Virus record (IMG/VR): IMGVR_UViG_3300017903_003334 | Location: 1 to 29,910 of that record | Direction: 5' to 3' (one strand) | Length of the DNA stretch: 29,910 nt | Source: a virus | Lineage: Duplodnaviria; Caudoviricetes | Part shown: piece after piece, positions 8,517-17,860 of the stretch | Position numbering within the stretch: position 1 is the first letter of the stretch | Layout: each line of letters begins with the position of its first letter | Position numbers and translations under genes: made by a program | Notes under the pieces: generated by a model | Told to the model about the DNA's origin: nothing | Database searches by the model: none | Seen by the model: the letters and a program-made list of their open reading frames with translations, nothing else

Positions 8517-8669
8517 ATGACAGCAATCCAACTCGACAGGCTAAGACAAGATTCCATTGAATTAAATGATTATGCACAAAAATTAAAACAACGAGGTGCA
8601 ATGGATCGAGCTCAAAAAATCCTGGAGAAAAAGGCTTATTTAGATAGGAGACTTGCTGCTGTAGTTTAA
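8517..8669 (+). CDS. Small hypothetical protein (50 aa)
   Basis: SD GGAG, ATG at 8517, amphipathic helical sequence. Confidence 0.6.
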   Translation: MTAIQLDRLRQDSIELNDYAQKLKQRGAMDRAQKILEKKAYLDRRLAAVV

Positions 8670-8674
8670 AAGTT

Positions 8675-8704
8675 GTTTACTTTCCCCTCGTAGTTTGATA
8701 TAAT
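8675..8704 (+). promoter_or_regulatory. Sigma70-type early promoter GTTTAC/TATAAT embedded in a long hairpin
   Basis: TTTACT-N17-TATAAT, overlapped by the inverted repeat at ~8685-8726. Confidence 0.75.
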
Positions 8705-8732
8705 TTTCTATATCGAGCTACGAGGGTTTTTT

Positions 8733-9308
8733 ATGAATATTTTTGTCTTACACGAAGATCCCCAGATTGCTGCTACTATGCAGTGCGATAAACATATCCC
8801 TAAGATGGTTGTTGAGGCAGCGCAAATGCTTTCAACTGCACATCGTATGTTAGATGGCCGTGAAGATAAACGTCCATCAAAGTCTGGCAAGCGTATGGTC
8901 AAGTACTACTATCTTGATGATCCTATTGCCGAAGAAGTGTACATGAAGGCTGTACATTTTTATCACCCATGCACTGTCTGGACTATGGAGTCATCAGACA
9001 ATTATCAATGGCATTGGAAACACTTAAAAGCTTTATGCGAAGAATATACATACAGATATGGAAAAACCCATAAGGTACATGCTGAACGGTTAGAGGCTCT
9101 TAAGAAAATACCGACTAACATTCCACATATTGGCTTAACCCCATTCAAACAAGCAATGAATCATTATCCAATGTGCAAGGACCCTGACCCTGTTACAGCG
9201 TACCGAAACTATTATCATGCTGCTAAATCTTTTGCCAAATGGGAAAAGGGCAGACCAGCTCCAGATTGGTGGAAAGGATACCAAGGTGCCGATTTATACA
9301 CTGCGTAA
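8733..9308 (+). CDS. Pyrimidine-dimer DNA glycosylase (DenV/Pyr_excise)-like protein
   Basis: MNIFVL..CDKHIPKMVVEAAQMLSTAH..HPCTVW..AYRNYY pattern. Confidence 0.7.
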   Translation: MNIFVLHEDPQIAATMQCDKHIPKMVVEAAQMLSTAHRMLDGREDKRPSKSGKRMVKYYYLDDPIAEEVYMKAVHFYHPCTVWTMESSDNYQWHWKHLKALCEEYTYRYGKTHKVHAERLEALKKIPTNIPHIGLTPFKQAMNHYPMCKDPDPVTAYRNYYHAAKSFAKWEKGRPAPDWWKGYQGADLYTA

Positions 9309-9528
9309 AACAGATGAAAATGGAGAAGTAGAGGAGGTTGATGTAAGTTGTTCTTATGATCAAATGGTAAATCTATGTGAAGAACATGGATTCGAACGTG
9401 TATATCAACCAATTGGATTTATTACCCAGCAAACCGGTGCTACACTGAAAAAAGCTGGTACTGAATGGCAAGATAAACTTAAAGCAATTAAAAAAGGCGC
9501 TGGCCGTCGGAGCACTATGGAACTATGA
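9286..9528 (+). CDS. Small conserved phage protein (FmdB-like MPxYxx N-terminus)
   Basis: GTG at 9286 after AAGGA gives MPIYTLRK...WQDKLKAIKKG; usual position upstream of phoH. Confidence 0.6.
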   Translation: MPIYTLRKTDENGEVEEVDVSCSYDQMVNLCEEHGFERVYQPIGFITQQTGATLKKAGTEWQDKLKAIKKGAGRRSTMEL

Positions 9529-10202
9529 GCAGTCTTAAAGTTCGTTATGAAGATCTTTTGGAATTTGACCCAATTACTGATAATCAAAAAACTGCTTTTG
9601 ATTTATGGGAGGAAGGCGAAAACTTAATTTTAGCAGGATCTGCCGGTACAGGTAAAACCTTTATTGCTTTGTATTTAGCTTTAGAGAAAATGCTAGAGCG
9701 TAGTACTGAATACGATAAAATTATTATTGTGCGTTCGATCGTTGCTGTACGTGAAGTCGGCTATCTTCCTGGTAAGCTGGATGATAAGATTGCTGTATTC
9801 GAAGCTCCATATAGAGCAATCGTAGAAGAGCTTTTTGACGATAAGGCTGTTTACAATAAGCTTACGAACAATAAACAAATTCAATTTGAAACTACTTCGT
9901 TTGTTCGTGGTCGCACATTCGATCGGTCTATTATCGTTGTCGACGAAATGCAGAATCTAAACTTCCATGAACTTGATTCTATTATGACACGTGTTGGTGA
10001 GAATAGTCGTATCGTTTTCTGTGGTGATTATCTACAATCAGATTTCACAAAGGAAAGTGATCGTCTAGGCATTATGAAGTTTTTGCAAATTATCGATCGT
10101 ATGAAAGACTTTACCACAATCCAGTTTGGATGGGATGACATTGTTCGTTCAGGTATTGTACGGGATTATATTATGACTAAGGAAATGATGGGTTTACGAT
10201 GA
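9525..10202 (+). CDS. phoH: PhoH-family ATPase
   Basis: GSAGTGKT Walker A, GYLPG, RGRTF, VVDEMQN, CGDYLQSD, DIVRSG. Confidence 0.95.
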   Translation: MSSLKVRYEDLLEFDPITDNQKTAFDLWEEGENLILAGSAGTGKTFIALYLALEKMLERSTEYDKIIIVRSIVAVREVGYLPGKLDDKIAVFEAPYRAIVEELFDDKAVYNKLTNNKQIQFETTSFVRGRTFDRSIIVVDEMQNLNFHELDSIMTRVGENSRIVFCGDYLQSDFTKESDRLGIMKFLQIIDRMKDFTTIQFGWDDIVRSGIVRDYIMTKEMMGLR

Positions 10203-10288
10203 AGAACTTTTTTGATATAATATTAGCGTTTATTGCCGCATATCTAATTGTGCATCTTTTGTACGCACTTATTGGGATTATAGTATGA
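10199..10288 (+). CDS. 29-aa single-TM peptide
   Basis: Read by hand: MKNFFDIILAFIAAYLIVHLLYALIGIIV; ATGA overlaps at both ends. Confidence 0.55.
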   Translation: MKNFFDIILAFIAAYLIVHLLYALIGIIV

Positions 10289-10437
10289 TTAAACTACATA
10301 TGGTAGATTCTGATACAGAAACTGAAAAAGCTTTTGATCAGCATGATGACATGATGGAATATCTGAAAGATTATATTAAAGATGCAATGGTCTCTGAAGA
10401 TCGTTGTGTCTTAAGACTGGAGGTTACTGAAAGCTGA
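10285..10437 (+). CDS. 50-aa hypothetical protein
   Basis: Read by hand: MIKLHMVDSDTETEKAF...; fills the gap between coupled genes. Confidence 0.55.
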   Translation: MIKLHMVDSDTETEKAFDQHDDMMEYLKDYIKDAMVSEDRCVLRLEVTES

Positions 10438-10438
10438 T

Positions 10439-11116
10439 ATGGAATTTATTCATGAACATATTGATATGGGATACGAGACCTTAGAGCGAACTGATGCTCC
10501 GGATGGTCGTCGTTATTTGACTACTAATGGTGAAGCATATCCATCAGTGACTACTGTTCTGTCTATCCTTAGCGAAGAGTCTATTGCCAAATGGCGCAAG
10601 CGTGTAGGTGAAGCCGAAGCAAATAAGATTTCTTCAAGAGCCGCAACGCGTGGTACTGCGGTTCACGATATTATTGAAAAATATCTAAACAACGATCCAA
10701 ACTATAAAGAAGGGCATTTGCCTCATGTAGTTCAATCGTTAGAAAACTTAAGACCTATCATCGATAAGCATATTACAAAAGTCTTTAAACTTGAAGCACC
10801 TTTGTATAGTGATCACTTACAACTTGCCGGTACGTGTGATGCTATTGTGGAATGGGATGGTGTTCCTACTATTGTCGATTGGAAAACATCACGTCGACCC
10901 AAAAAGAAAGCTAATATCTCAAACTACTTTATGCAGCTTGCCGCATATGCTGTTATGTGGGAAGAACGAACAGGAATGGCAGTATCTCATACTCGCATTG
11001 TTATGGATGTAGATGACTTTCATCCAGTCATGTATAAAGAAACACGCGATGCGTGGATTGATAAAATGATTGAAGTTCGAAATCAATACAACACTCGAAA
11101 ACTTTTTCATGGATAG
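10439..11116 (+). CDS. PD-(D/E)XK exonuclease
   Basis: YPSVTTVLS, RGTAVH, E..LYS..LAGTCDAI..IVDWKTS, YFMQLAAYA; usual phoH neighbour in T4-like phages. Confidence 0.88.
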   Translation: MEFIHEHIDMGYETLERTDAPDGRRYLTTNGEAYPSVTTVLSILSEESIAKWRKRVGEAEANKISSRAATRGTAVHDIIEKYLNNDPNYKEGHLPHVVQSLENLRPIIDKHITKVFKLEAPLYSDHLQLAGTCDAIVEWDGVPTIVDWKTSRRPKKKANISNYFMQLAAYAVMWEERTGMAVSHTRIVMDVDDFHPVMYKETRDAWIDKMIEVRNQYNTRKLFHG

Positions 11117-11119
11117 ATT

Positions 11120-11680
11120 ATGCGACAGAAAATATATGTTGATATGGATGGTGTGATTGCAGATCACTTCAACTACTTAGGACGTATTAATGGTTATGAC
11201 CATTGGAAAGATATTCCTAATATTGAAACTGCACACACAGAATTGTTTGGCACAGACTATTTCTTTAAGGTACCAAACTTTTGGGGATGGGATCAGAGTG
11301 GATCTACTATCGAAAACAAAAGTGCAAAACTTGTAAATTTTGTTCGAGACATCTGCGAGAAAATTGGTTTCGATTACGGCATTTGCTCATCTCCGCTTAA
11401 AGGTGATTTTAATAATTCAGCCTATTGGAAACGTCGTTGGTTAGAATATAATGGCTATATGCCAGAAAGTTCTAATGATTGCGTGTTTACGTTAGACAAA
11501 CCTAAATATGCAACAGCAAGAATGGTTGGGTTGCCAAATATTCTAATTGACGATAGACCTGACAACATTAATAAGTTTAATGCGGCAGGTGGTGTTGGTA
11601 TTCTTTTTCAACACGATAAAGACGATTTAGAGGAATATCTTTTCGAAGAAATACGACATTGCCTAGAGCATATTAGATAA
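11120..11680 (+). CDS. HAD-family 5'(3')-deoxyribonucleotidase (NT5C-like)
   Basis: IYVDMDGVIAD motif I; ILIDDRPDNI motif IV. Confidence 0.82.
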   Translation: MRQKIYVDMDGVIADHFNYLGRINGYDHWKDIPNIETAHTELFGTDYFFKVPNFWGWDQSGSTIENKSAKLVNFVRDICEKIGFDYGICSSPLKGDFNNSAYWKRRWLEYNGYMPESSNDCVFTLDKPKYATARMVGLPNILIDDRPDNINKFNAAGGVGILFQHDKDDLEEYLFEEIRHCLEHIR

Positions 11681-11751
11681 TATAGATATTTGTGTGATGT
11701 GATTTTATTTTAGTATGTTACATATTATGTAATTTAAAGGAGTAAAATTGC

Positions 11752-12081
11752 ATGGCTGCAAAACAACTAGAGATGAATTCTCTACTAAATGACGCTGATT
11801 TAGATGGTGATGGTATCATTACTGACGAAGAATTGGCAAAACATGAACGAATGTTGAAGATAGAAAATGATGATAAAAAAGAAGATCAGATCCGATCCAT
11901 GGCTTGGTTTGCTCTTTGGGGTATGCTTTTATACCCATTGGGCATTATTCTTAGCGGTGTGTTTGGCTTAAACTCTGCTGCTGATTTATTATCTGATATT
12001 GCTCCTACATATTTTGTAGCAATTTCTGCATTGGTTGCAACATTCTTTGGCGCTGAGGCTTACAAAAAGACAAAATCATGA
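11752..12081 (+). CDS. EF-hand-containing two-TM membrane protein
   Basis: DADLDGDGIITDEE loop followed by two hydrophobic helices; SD AAGGAG. Confidence 0.7.
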   Translation: MAAKQLEMNSLLNDADLDGDGIITDEELAKHERMLKIENDDKKEDQIRSMAWFALWGMLLYPLGIILSGVFGLNSAADLLSDIAPTYFVAISALVATFFGAEAYKKTKS

Positions 12082-12851
12082 ACAAATTGATATATCAAGT
12101 GTACGTTGGAAAACGTTCACACCTATATGATGCTTGTACAAAATCTGTAGAAGAATATGCTAAAAAGGTTGGTGCTGACTATATTTGTCAGCGTCAACCG
12201 ATTTTAAAGATTAAACCAGATATTTTCACGACTAATCGATCAAAAGAATCATATGAAAAGCATGGTGGATTCTTACCGATTTACGAAAAAGAAGTCGCAT
12301 TTGATTACTTTGACAAATACGACCAGATCTGTATTGTCGATGCAGATATTTTCATCAGGGACTCAGCTCCTGATATTTTCCAAGAATTAGATCCAGAATA
12401 CGACTTTGGTGCTGTAGTAGAAGCATCAATGCCGTTGAGTCGTGAGTACGAACAGAAGATTCTAAACTATTCACGAATGCAGTATGGCACACTTAAAATG
12501 GATTGGTCGCTTGGTCCATTGGGTTTCCCATTCATGAACATGGGATTAATGCTTATGAATAAATCATTTGCAAAATATCTAAATGGCCAAACTGCAAAAG
12601 AATTTATTGAACGAGCAGAGTTCAAACAGTTTGTTGATGGATTAGGACCATGGAAATGGTCAACAGACCAGACTTTACTAAATTGGTGGATCCGTAAAGA
12701 AAAGATGGCTATTAAAAATTTAGACTGGAAGTGGAATGGTCTATTTAGTGCCAATACAAAAATTAAAGAATGCCATTTTGTGCACTTTTTCTTGAAAGAT
12801 AAATTACCAGGGCGCGGAGAAAACGTTAAGGAGCTAATGAGTCAAATATGA
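12078..12851 (+). CDS. GT-A glycosyltransferase (GT8/GT34-like)
   Basis: IVDADIFI DxD, NMGLML, TDQTLLN, LDWKWN, FVHF. Confidence 0.8.
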   Translation: MNKLIYQVYVGKRSHLYDACTKSVEEYAKKVGADYICQRQPILKIKPDIFTTNRSKESYEKHGGFLPIYEKEVAFDYFDKYDQICIVDADIFIRDSAPDIFQELDPEYDFGAVVEASMPLSREYEQKILNYSRMQYGTLKMDWSLGPLGFPFMNMGLMLMNKSFAKYLNGQTAKEFIERAEFKQFVDGLGPWKWSTDQTLLNWWIRKEKMAIKNLDWKWNGLFSANTKIKECHFVHFFLKDKLPGRGENVKELMSQI

Positions 12852-13948
12852 GAATTGAAAACGAAGTCCAACTAGATTATTCTGATGTATTACTTAAACC
12901 AAAGCGATCAACCCTGGAATCGCGTAAACAAGTTACATTAACCAGAGTATTTAAATTTCCACATTCAAAGCATAAGTTAGAATGCATTCCAATTATGGCA
13001 GCCAATATGGATGGTGTAGGAACATTCGGTATGTCAGAAGCTACTATTTCTCGTGGAATGTTGACAGCACTTAATAAGTCACATTTGATCGGTGATTTAG
13101 AAAAGCACCATGGTGATATGGGTCAAATGATGATGGACAAGCTTTGTTTGTCTATTGGCATGCAAGAATCAGATCTAGGTAAAGTAAAAGCACTCAAACA
13201 CAAATATCCGATTATTGTTATTGATACACCTAATGGTTACATGGAAAAATTTGTTTCGTTTGTAAAAGCAGTACGAGGCATTGTAGGAAATCATAATGTC
13301 ATTGTTGCTGGTAACGTTGTTACTGCAGACCAAACACAGGAGTTGATTTTAAATGGAGCAGACATTGTTAAAGTTGGCATCGGTCCTGGGAGCGTTTGCA
13401 CTACTCGTATTCAGACTGGCATTGGCTATCCTCAGCTTAGCGCTGTTATGGAGTGTGCTGATGCTGCTCACGGTCTTGGTGGACACATCATGGCTGATGG
13501 CGGATGTACATGTCCAGGAGACATCGCAAAAGCTTTTGCCGGCGGTGCAGACTTTGTAATGCTTGGTGGAATGCTTGCTGGTCACGATGAAGGTGGTGGT
13601 GAGATCGTAAACAAATATCATCATCCAGCTGGTGAATATTTTTTCCGTGAGCGAGATCAAAGCTATCATCCAGTCGTAGAACAAAGAAAGTTTGTTCAAT
13701 TCTATGGAATGAGTAGTAAGGAAGCCAACGAGAAACATGCTGGTGGACTCAAAGAGTACCGTGCATCAGAAGGTCGTGAGGTAATGATTCCATATAAAGG
13801 CAAGGTGGGAGATACGCTACAAGAGATCCTGGGCGGTCTACGTAGTGCTTGTACATATGTCGGTGCAAGGCAACTAAAAGACTTGCCAAAGTGCGCAACC
13901 TTTATTCGTGTTAACAATCAATATAATAAAACCTTTGTAGGAAACTAA
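12848..13948 (+). CDS. guaC: GMP reductase
   Basis: [65 protein letters not shown]. Confidence 0.95.
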   Translation: MRIENEVQLDYSDVLLKPKRSTLESRKQVTLTRVFKFPHSKHKLECIPIMAANMDGVGTFGMSEATISRGMLTALNKSHLIGDLEKHHGDMGQMMMDKLCLSIGMQESDLGKVKALKHKYPIIVIDTPNGYMEKFVSFVKAVRGIVGNHNVIVAGNVVTADQTQELILNGADIVKVGIGPGSVCTTRIQTGIGYPQLSAVMECADAAHGLGGHIMADGGCTCPGDIAKAFAGGADFVMLGGMLAGHDEGGGEIVNKYHHPAGEYFFRERDQSYHPVVEQRKFVQFYGMSSKEANEKHAGGLKEYRASEGREVMIPYKGKVGDTLQEILGGLRSACTYVGARQLKDLPKCATFIRVNNQYNKTFVGN

Positions 13949-13949
13949 A

Positions 13950-14435
13950 ATGAAAAAACTAATTACCATGGCCACAGCATCTATTTTTGCTATGGCTGCA
14001 TACGCAGAAACTGCTATCGTCACTTCTGTTGAACCAAATACTCGTGACGTTTTTAGGACTGTACCTGAAACTGAATGTGCAGAAGTTGAAGTACCAATCT
14101 ATGAAGAAATTAATAAATCAACTGCCGAAAGTATCGCAGGCGGTGCAGCACTAGGTGGCCTCCTTGGTGGTATTGCTACTGATTCACGTCAAGGTGTAGG
14201 CATGGGTGCATTGTTTGGTGGTTTGATTGGTGCATCGAATACCGAACGTGTATTGGTAGGTTACAAGAAAGTAGAAACTTGTGACACGACCCATCATTTG
14301 CGCAACATTACAATCATCGATGATTATACTGTTCATTTCGAATGGAATGGTATTACTGGTACTACTATCACAGAAAATGTGTATTCGCCGGGCGATCAAG
14401 TAGAAATTGATGTAGTATTGATTTTAGTAGATTAA
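13950..14435 (+). CDS. Secreted glycine-zipper protein (YcfJ-like)
   Basis: Signal peptide; GGAALGGLLGG..GMGALFGGLIGA glycine zipper flanked by Cys-containing beta segments. Confidence 0.75.
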   Translation: MKKLITMATASIFAMAAYAETAIVTSVEPNTRDVFRTVPETECAEVEVPIYEEINKSTAESIAGGAALGGLLGGIATDSRQGVGMGALFGGLIGASNTERVLVGYKKVETCDTTHHLRNITIIDDYTVHFEWNGITGTTITENVYSPGDQVEIDVVLILVD

Positions 14436-14438
14436 TCC

Positions 14439-15128
14439 ATGTTTATTCCAAAAATCTTTATTCACATTCCAAAAAATGCTGGGCTTACTGTACGGTATAG
14501 CCCAGTACTTCGCCGTTTGATTCGTACAGCTGGACCAGAACTTCATAAAAGTCCTGAATACACTGCAGCTGTAACGAAAACTATGGATAAAAATAAAGAT
14601 CATCATGGTTATGAGCATGCTCGGTGGAGAGATCTTAGTCCTAAATGGACTAGAGAGCACGACGCTTTTGCTATTATTAGAAATCCATGGGATCGAGTAG
14701 TTTCTCGTTATTTCTTTGCTAAAAAAGTAATGACAGTTGAGAAAACTCAACCAGAAGATTATGCTGACGTATCATCGTTTGATGCATTTCTAGAAGAACG
14801 GCACAAATGGGGTAACAAAGAATACATGTGGCACAGAGCAGTGCGAGGGTGGTATCCAGCATTTGACCATGTTTCTGATGAGGGTGGAAATGTCCGTTGC
14901 GATATTATGCGCTTTGAAAACCTAAATCAAGATTTGTGTAAATACTTTAAACTTATCGAGATGACAAAAGCCAGAAATGTTACTGGTTTAAATGAAAAGA
15001 AATACACGGACATCTATAACGATAAGACCAGGCAAATTGTGGCGGATTGGTATCAAAAAGATATTGAATATTGGGGATACGATTTTGATACAGGACCAAC
15101 AAAAAACTTTTGGAATTTAGACACATGA
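14439..15128 (+). CDS. Sulfotransferase (Sulfotransfer_2 family)
   Basis: FIHIPKNAG (5'-PSB loop), IIRNPWDRVVSRY (3'-PB), RFENL, WYQKDIEYWGY. Confidence 0.85.
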   Translation: MFIPKIFIHIPKNAGLTVRYSPVLRRLIRTAGPELHKSPEYTAAVTKTMDKNKDHHGYEHARWRDLSPKWTREHDAFAIIRNPWDRVVSRYFFAKKVMTVEKTQPEDYADVSSFDAFLEERHKWGNKEYMWHRAVRGWYPAFDHVSDEGGNVRCDIMRFENLNQDLCKYFKLIEMTKARNVTGLNEKKYTDIYNDKTRQIVADWYQKDIEYWGYDFDTGPTKNFWNLDT

Positions 15129-15754
15129 TGGGTAAAGAAACAAACGAAGAATCTCACTACATCCTAAAACATATTCCTAAGAGAACAATAGGAGCAGAGA
15201 TTGGTGTTTGGGCTGGTCATACAGCTAAAAATATTCTTATAACCGCGCATCCTACAGAATTGCATCTTGTTGATCCATGGAGTAAAGAGCCATATAAACA
15301 GCAAGTAAATAGTGAACATAACTCATACGAAGAGTATCTAAAAAAATATTCGAAGGTAACTGGTGGTGATACCGAAGACAAATTTGATGCCTATTACGAT
15401 AAAATGTTTAAAAAGGTAAAGGCTAAGTTTGATGACGATAACAATGTTACAATTCATCGAATGTGGTCTAAAGAGTTTTTTGATACATTTAAAGGTAAGC
15501 TAGATTGGATATACATTGATGGCGATCATTCATACGAAGGTTGCTATGCCGATCTTAACGAATGTCTAAAAATAATGCAACCAAACTGTATTATCTTTGG
15601 TGATGATTATGCATGGAATAATGGTAATGGGAAACCAGGTGTTACGAAGGCAGTATCTCAATTCGTAGAAGAAAATTCATTAACACTAGTGCAACTCGGT
15701 AACCGAGAATACATGATTAAAATAACGCAAGATTTTTGGGATGATAAAAAGTAA
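15125..15754 (+). CDS. Class I SAM-dependent methyltransferase (Methyltransf_24-like)
   Basis: GAEIGVWAG, LVDPW, LDWIYIDGDHSYEG, GDDY. Confidence 0.85.
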   Translation: MMGKETNEESHYILKHIPKRTIGAEIGVWAGHTAKNILITAHPTELHLVDPWSKEPYKQQVNSEHNSYEEYLKKYSKVTGGDTEDKFDAYYDKMFKKVKAKFDDDNNVTIHRMWSKEFFDTFKGKLDWIYIDGDHSYEGCYADLNECLKIMQPNCIIFGDDYAWNNGNGKPGVTKAVSQFVEENSLTLVQLGNREYMIKITQDFWDDKK

Positions 15755-16332
15755 TGATTATAGCAGATCTATCTCACGTAACAAGCGTGCAAGAATTTAA
15801 TGATGAAATTAGAAGAATCCAAGATGATGCACACGGTGAAGGCTATTGTGATATCCATGATCTAATTGCCAAATATATTCCTGAGTGTAATAGCTACATG
15901 GAATTAGGTGTCATGCAAGGTGGCACTGCTTCTGCTGCAATGTTGGCTAATGTAAAAAACATCTGCTTGGTTGATGTTGATCTAAGCAAATACCGTAAAT
16001 ATTTGCATCCGCTTGCTACCGATTATTGTGAAGAAAATGGGATTACACTTCAATTGAAAGAAGCAGATTCCAGATCAGAAGCAGCGTGTAAGAATGTTGA
16101 TATGCTTATGATTGATACAGTGCACAATTCAAAATTTATGAACCAAGAACTTGCTAGGCATCATATGAATGTGCGAAAATACATTGTAGCGCATGATACG
16201 TCTATCGTCCAGGGTAAACCTAACGAAATGCTATATAATACATTGGCTGAATTTGCTGATAAACATGGATGGTCAGTTGTTGATAGAAGCACAAGAAGTG
16301 CTGGCTGTACAGTATTAAAAAGGAATGATTAA
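15754..16332 (+). CDS. Class I SAM-dependent methyltransferase-like protein
   Basis: YMELGVMQGGT, DMLMIDTVH, YIVAHDT. Confidence 0.75.
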   Translation: MIIADLSHVTSVQEFNDEIRRIQDDAHGEGYCDIHDLIAKYIPECNSYMELGVMQGGTASAAMLANVKNICLVDVDLSKYRKYLHPLATDYCEENGITLQLKEADSRSEAACKNVDMLMIDTVHNSKFMNQELARHHMNVRKYIVAHDTSIVQGKPNEMLYNTLAEFADKHGWSVVDRSTRSAGCTVLKRND

Positions 16333-16946
16333 TGAGTGCGATGAGAGATTTTTTTGACAAATTTGAATGTGACAAAGGTAAAAAGCATGGCTATGAAGCT
16401 GTGTATGAACCCGACTTCGAACCATTAAGAAATAAATCTATTAAGATTCTAGATGTTGGAGTATTCAAAGGTGCATCCGTTCAAGCGTGGCTAGATTATT
16501 TTCCTAAAGCTACGGTGTACGGAATTGATATTTTTACACGCCTAAATCCAGAAGATGTTGAAGTTCTACAAGATGAGCGAGTCAAGTGGATCAAAGGCGA
16601 TAGTATGTCAGAAGATATTGTAAAACAAATTCGCTCTGAATGGGGTAATACCAAATTTGATATTATTATCGATGATGGTAAACATACTCCAGAAGCTAAT
16701 CGCCTTACATTTCAAAATCTGTTTCAATTCCTGAAAAAAGGTGGTAAATACTATGTAGAAGATGTATGGCCATTGGATATTATGACATCAAAGGAATTAG
16801 GTCATCCTTGGATAATGTCAAAGCCCGATGACTATAATCACTTTGAATATGCTAAATTTGAAAATGCCATCAAAGACCATACTGTGACAAAGTTTGACTT
16901 GAGAAACAGTGCTGAACCTGATAGCTATATTATTAAAATTGAGTAA
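16332..16946 (+). CDS. Class I SAM-dependent methyltransferase (sugar O-methyltransferase-like)
   Basis: DKGKKHGY, ILDVGVFKGAS, YGIDI, FDIIIDDGKH, LKKGGKYYVED. Confidence 0.85.
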   Translation: MSAMRDFFDKFECDKGKKHGYEAVYEPDFEPLRNKSIKILDVGVFKGASVQAWLDYFPKATVYGIDIFTRLNPEDVEVLQDERVKWIKGDSMSEDIVKQIRSEWGNTKFDIIIDDGKHTPEANRLTFQNLFQFLKKGGKYYVEDVWPLDIMTSKELGHPWIMSKPDDYNHFEYAKFENAIKDHTVTKFDLRNSAEPDSYIIKIE

Positions 16947-16952
16947 TGCAAA

Positions 16953-17171
16953 ATGACTGAGTTTTTCCATTCATACAAAAGTCTTAGGGGTACTCTGCTT
17001 CGAACGATTATCTTTTCAATCGGTCATTTCTTTATTGCGGCAGCATGTGTGATGATATTCACTGGTGCCACTTTTGTAGAGGCAGCAACGACTGCAGTAG
17101 TCGAACCAATCATCAATGCAGGTTGGTACTTTCTCTTAGACAGGATTTGGACAGCAAAGAATAAACAATGA
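16953..17171 (+). CDS. DUF2061-like small membrane protein
   Basis: RTIIFSIGHFFIA..AVVEPIINAGWYFLLDRIW pattern. Confidence 0.7.
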   Translation: MTEFFHSYKSLRGTLLRTIIFSIGHFFIAAACVMIFTGATFVEAATTAVVEPIINAGWYFLLDRIWTAKNKQ

Positions 17172-17860
17172 TTAACGGTTATATTATCACGATTAAAGGG
17201 AATCCTGTTTCAGAAGAAGCTTCTAAGAAAGCAAGAAATCCCAGTCCTGAAAACTTAAATATGATTGAGTTTTCGGCTGTCACTCCAAAAAATGTTGGTA
17301 AACTTCTGATTGGATACAATCTCATCTGGCGGTATCCATGGGAAGGTGAAGAATTAGATTTAAAATCTGGTCTACTAAAGAAGGCATATCCTACTACAAA
17401 TCAAGAAGCTAGGATTGCATGTTTCTTATCGCATTATCAGTTATGGCTAAAATGTGCACGGTACGATAAACCCATCGTGATTATGGAACACGATGTTTCA
17501 TTTTATAATTCAAAGCCATTACCATTAGAAGATTTAAGGACTTCTCCGTATGACATTATCGGGCTTAATAATCCTAGGTATGCAACTAGACTATCTCAAA
17601 TTTATCATGAAGAACTTCAGAAAAACGATAAAGCAATAGCAAGAGTTCCATACATTGATCAAATGCAAGTTCCACAAGGACTAGCCGGTAACTCTTGTTA
17701 CTATATTGAACCTAGTGGTGCTAATAAATTATTACGCCTAGTGAGTGAACATGGTTGTTGGCCAAATGACGCATTAATGTGCCGACAATTGATTTCTACT
17801 CTTGGTGCAACTCGTACATATTATTCTACTGTGCAAAGAACTCCGAGTACTACAACATGA
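17168..17860 (+). CDS. GT25-like glycosyltransferase
   Basis: ACFLSHYQLWLKC, IVIMEHD, YYIEPSGANKLL, WPND. Confidence 0.8.
   Translation: MINGYIITIKGNPVSEEASKKARNPSPENLNMIEFSAVTPKNVGKLLIGYNLIWRYPWEGEELDLKSGLLKKAYPTTNQEARIACFLSHYQLWLKCARYDKPIVIMEHDVSFYNSKPLPLEDLRTSPYDIIGLNNPRYATRLSQIYHEELQKNDKAIARVPYIDQMQVPQGLAGNSCYYIEPSGANKLLRLVSEHGCWPNDALMCRQLISTLGATRTYYSTVQRTPSTTT

Noticed and set aside
10439-11116. Cas4-like nuclease as a sign of CRISPR
   Set aside because: No Fe-S cysteine set, no repeat-spacer array seen in the window, and it is the usual phoH-linked exonuclease.
11718-11732. Palindrome TTACATA-T-TATGTAA
   Set aside because: Very AT-rich, single copy, plausible by chance.
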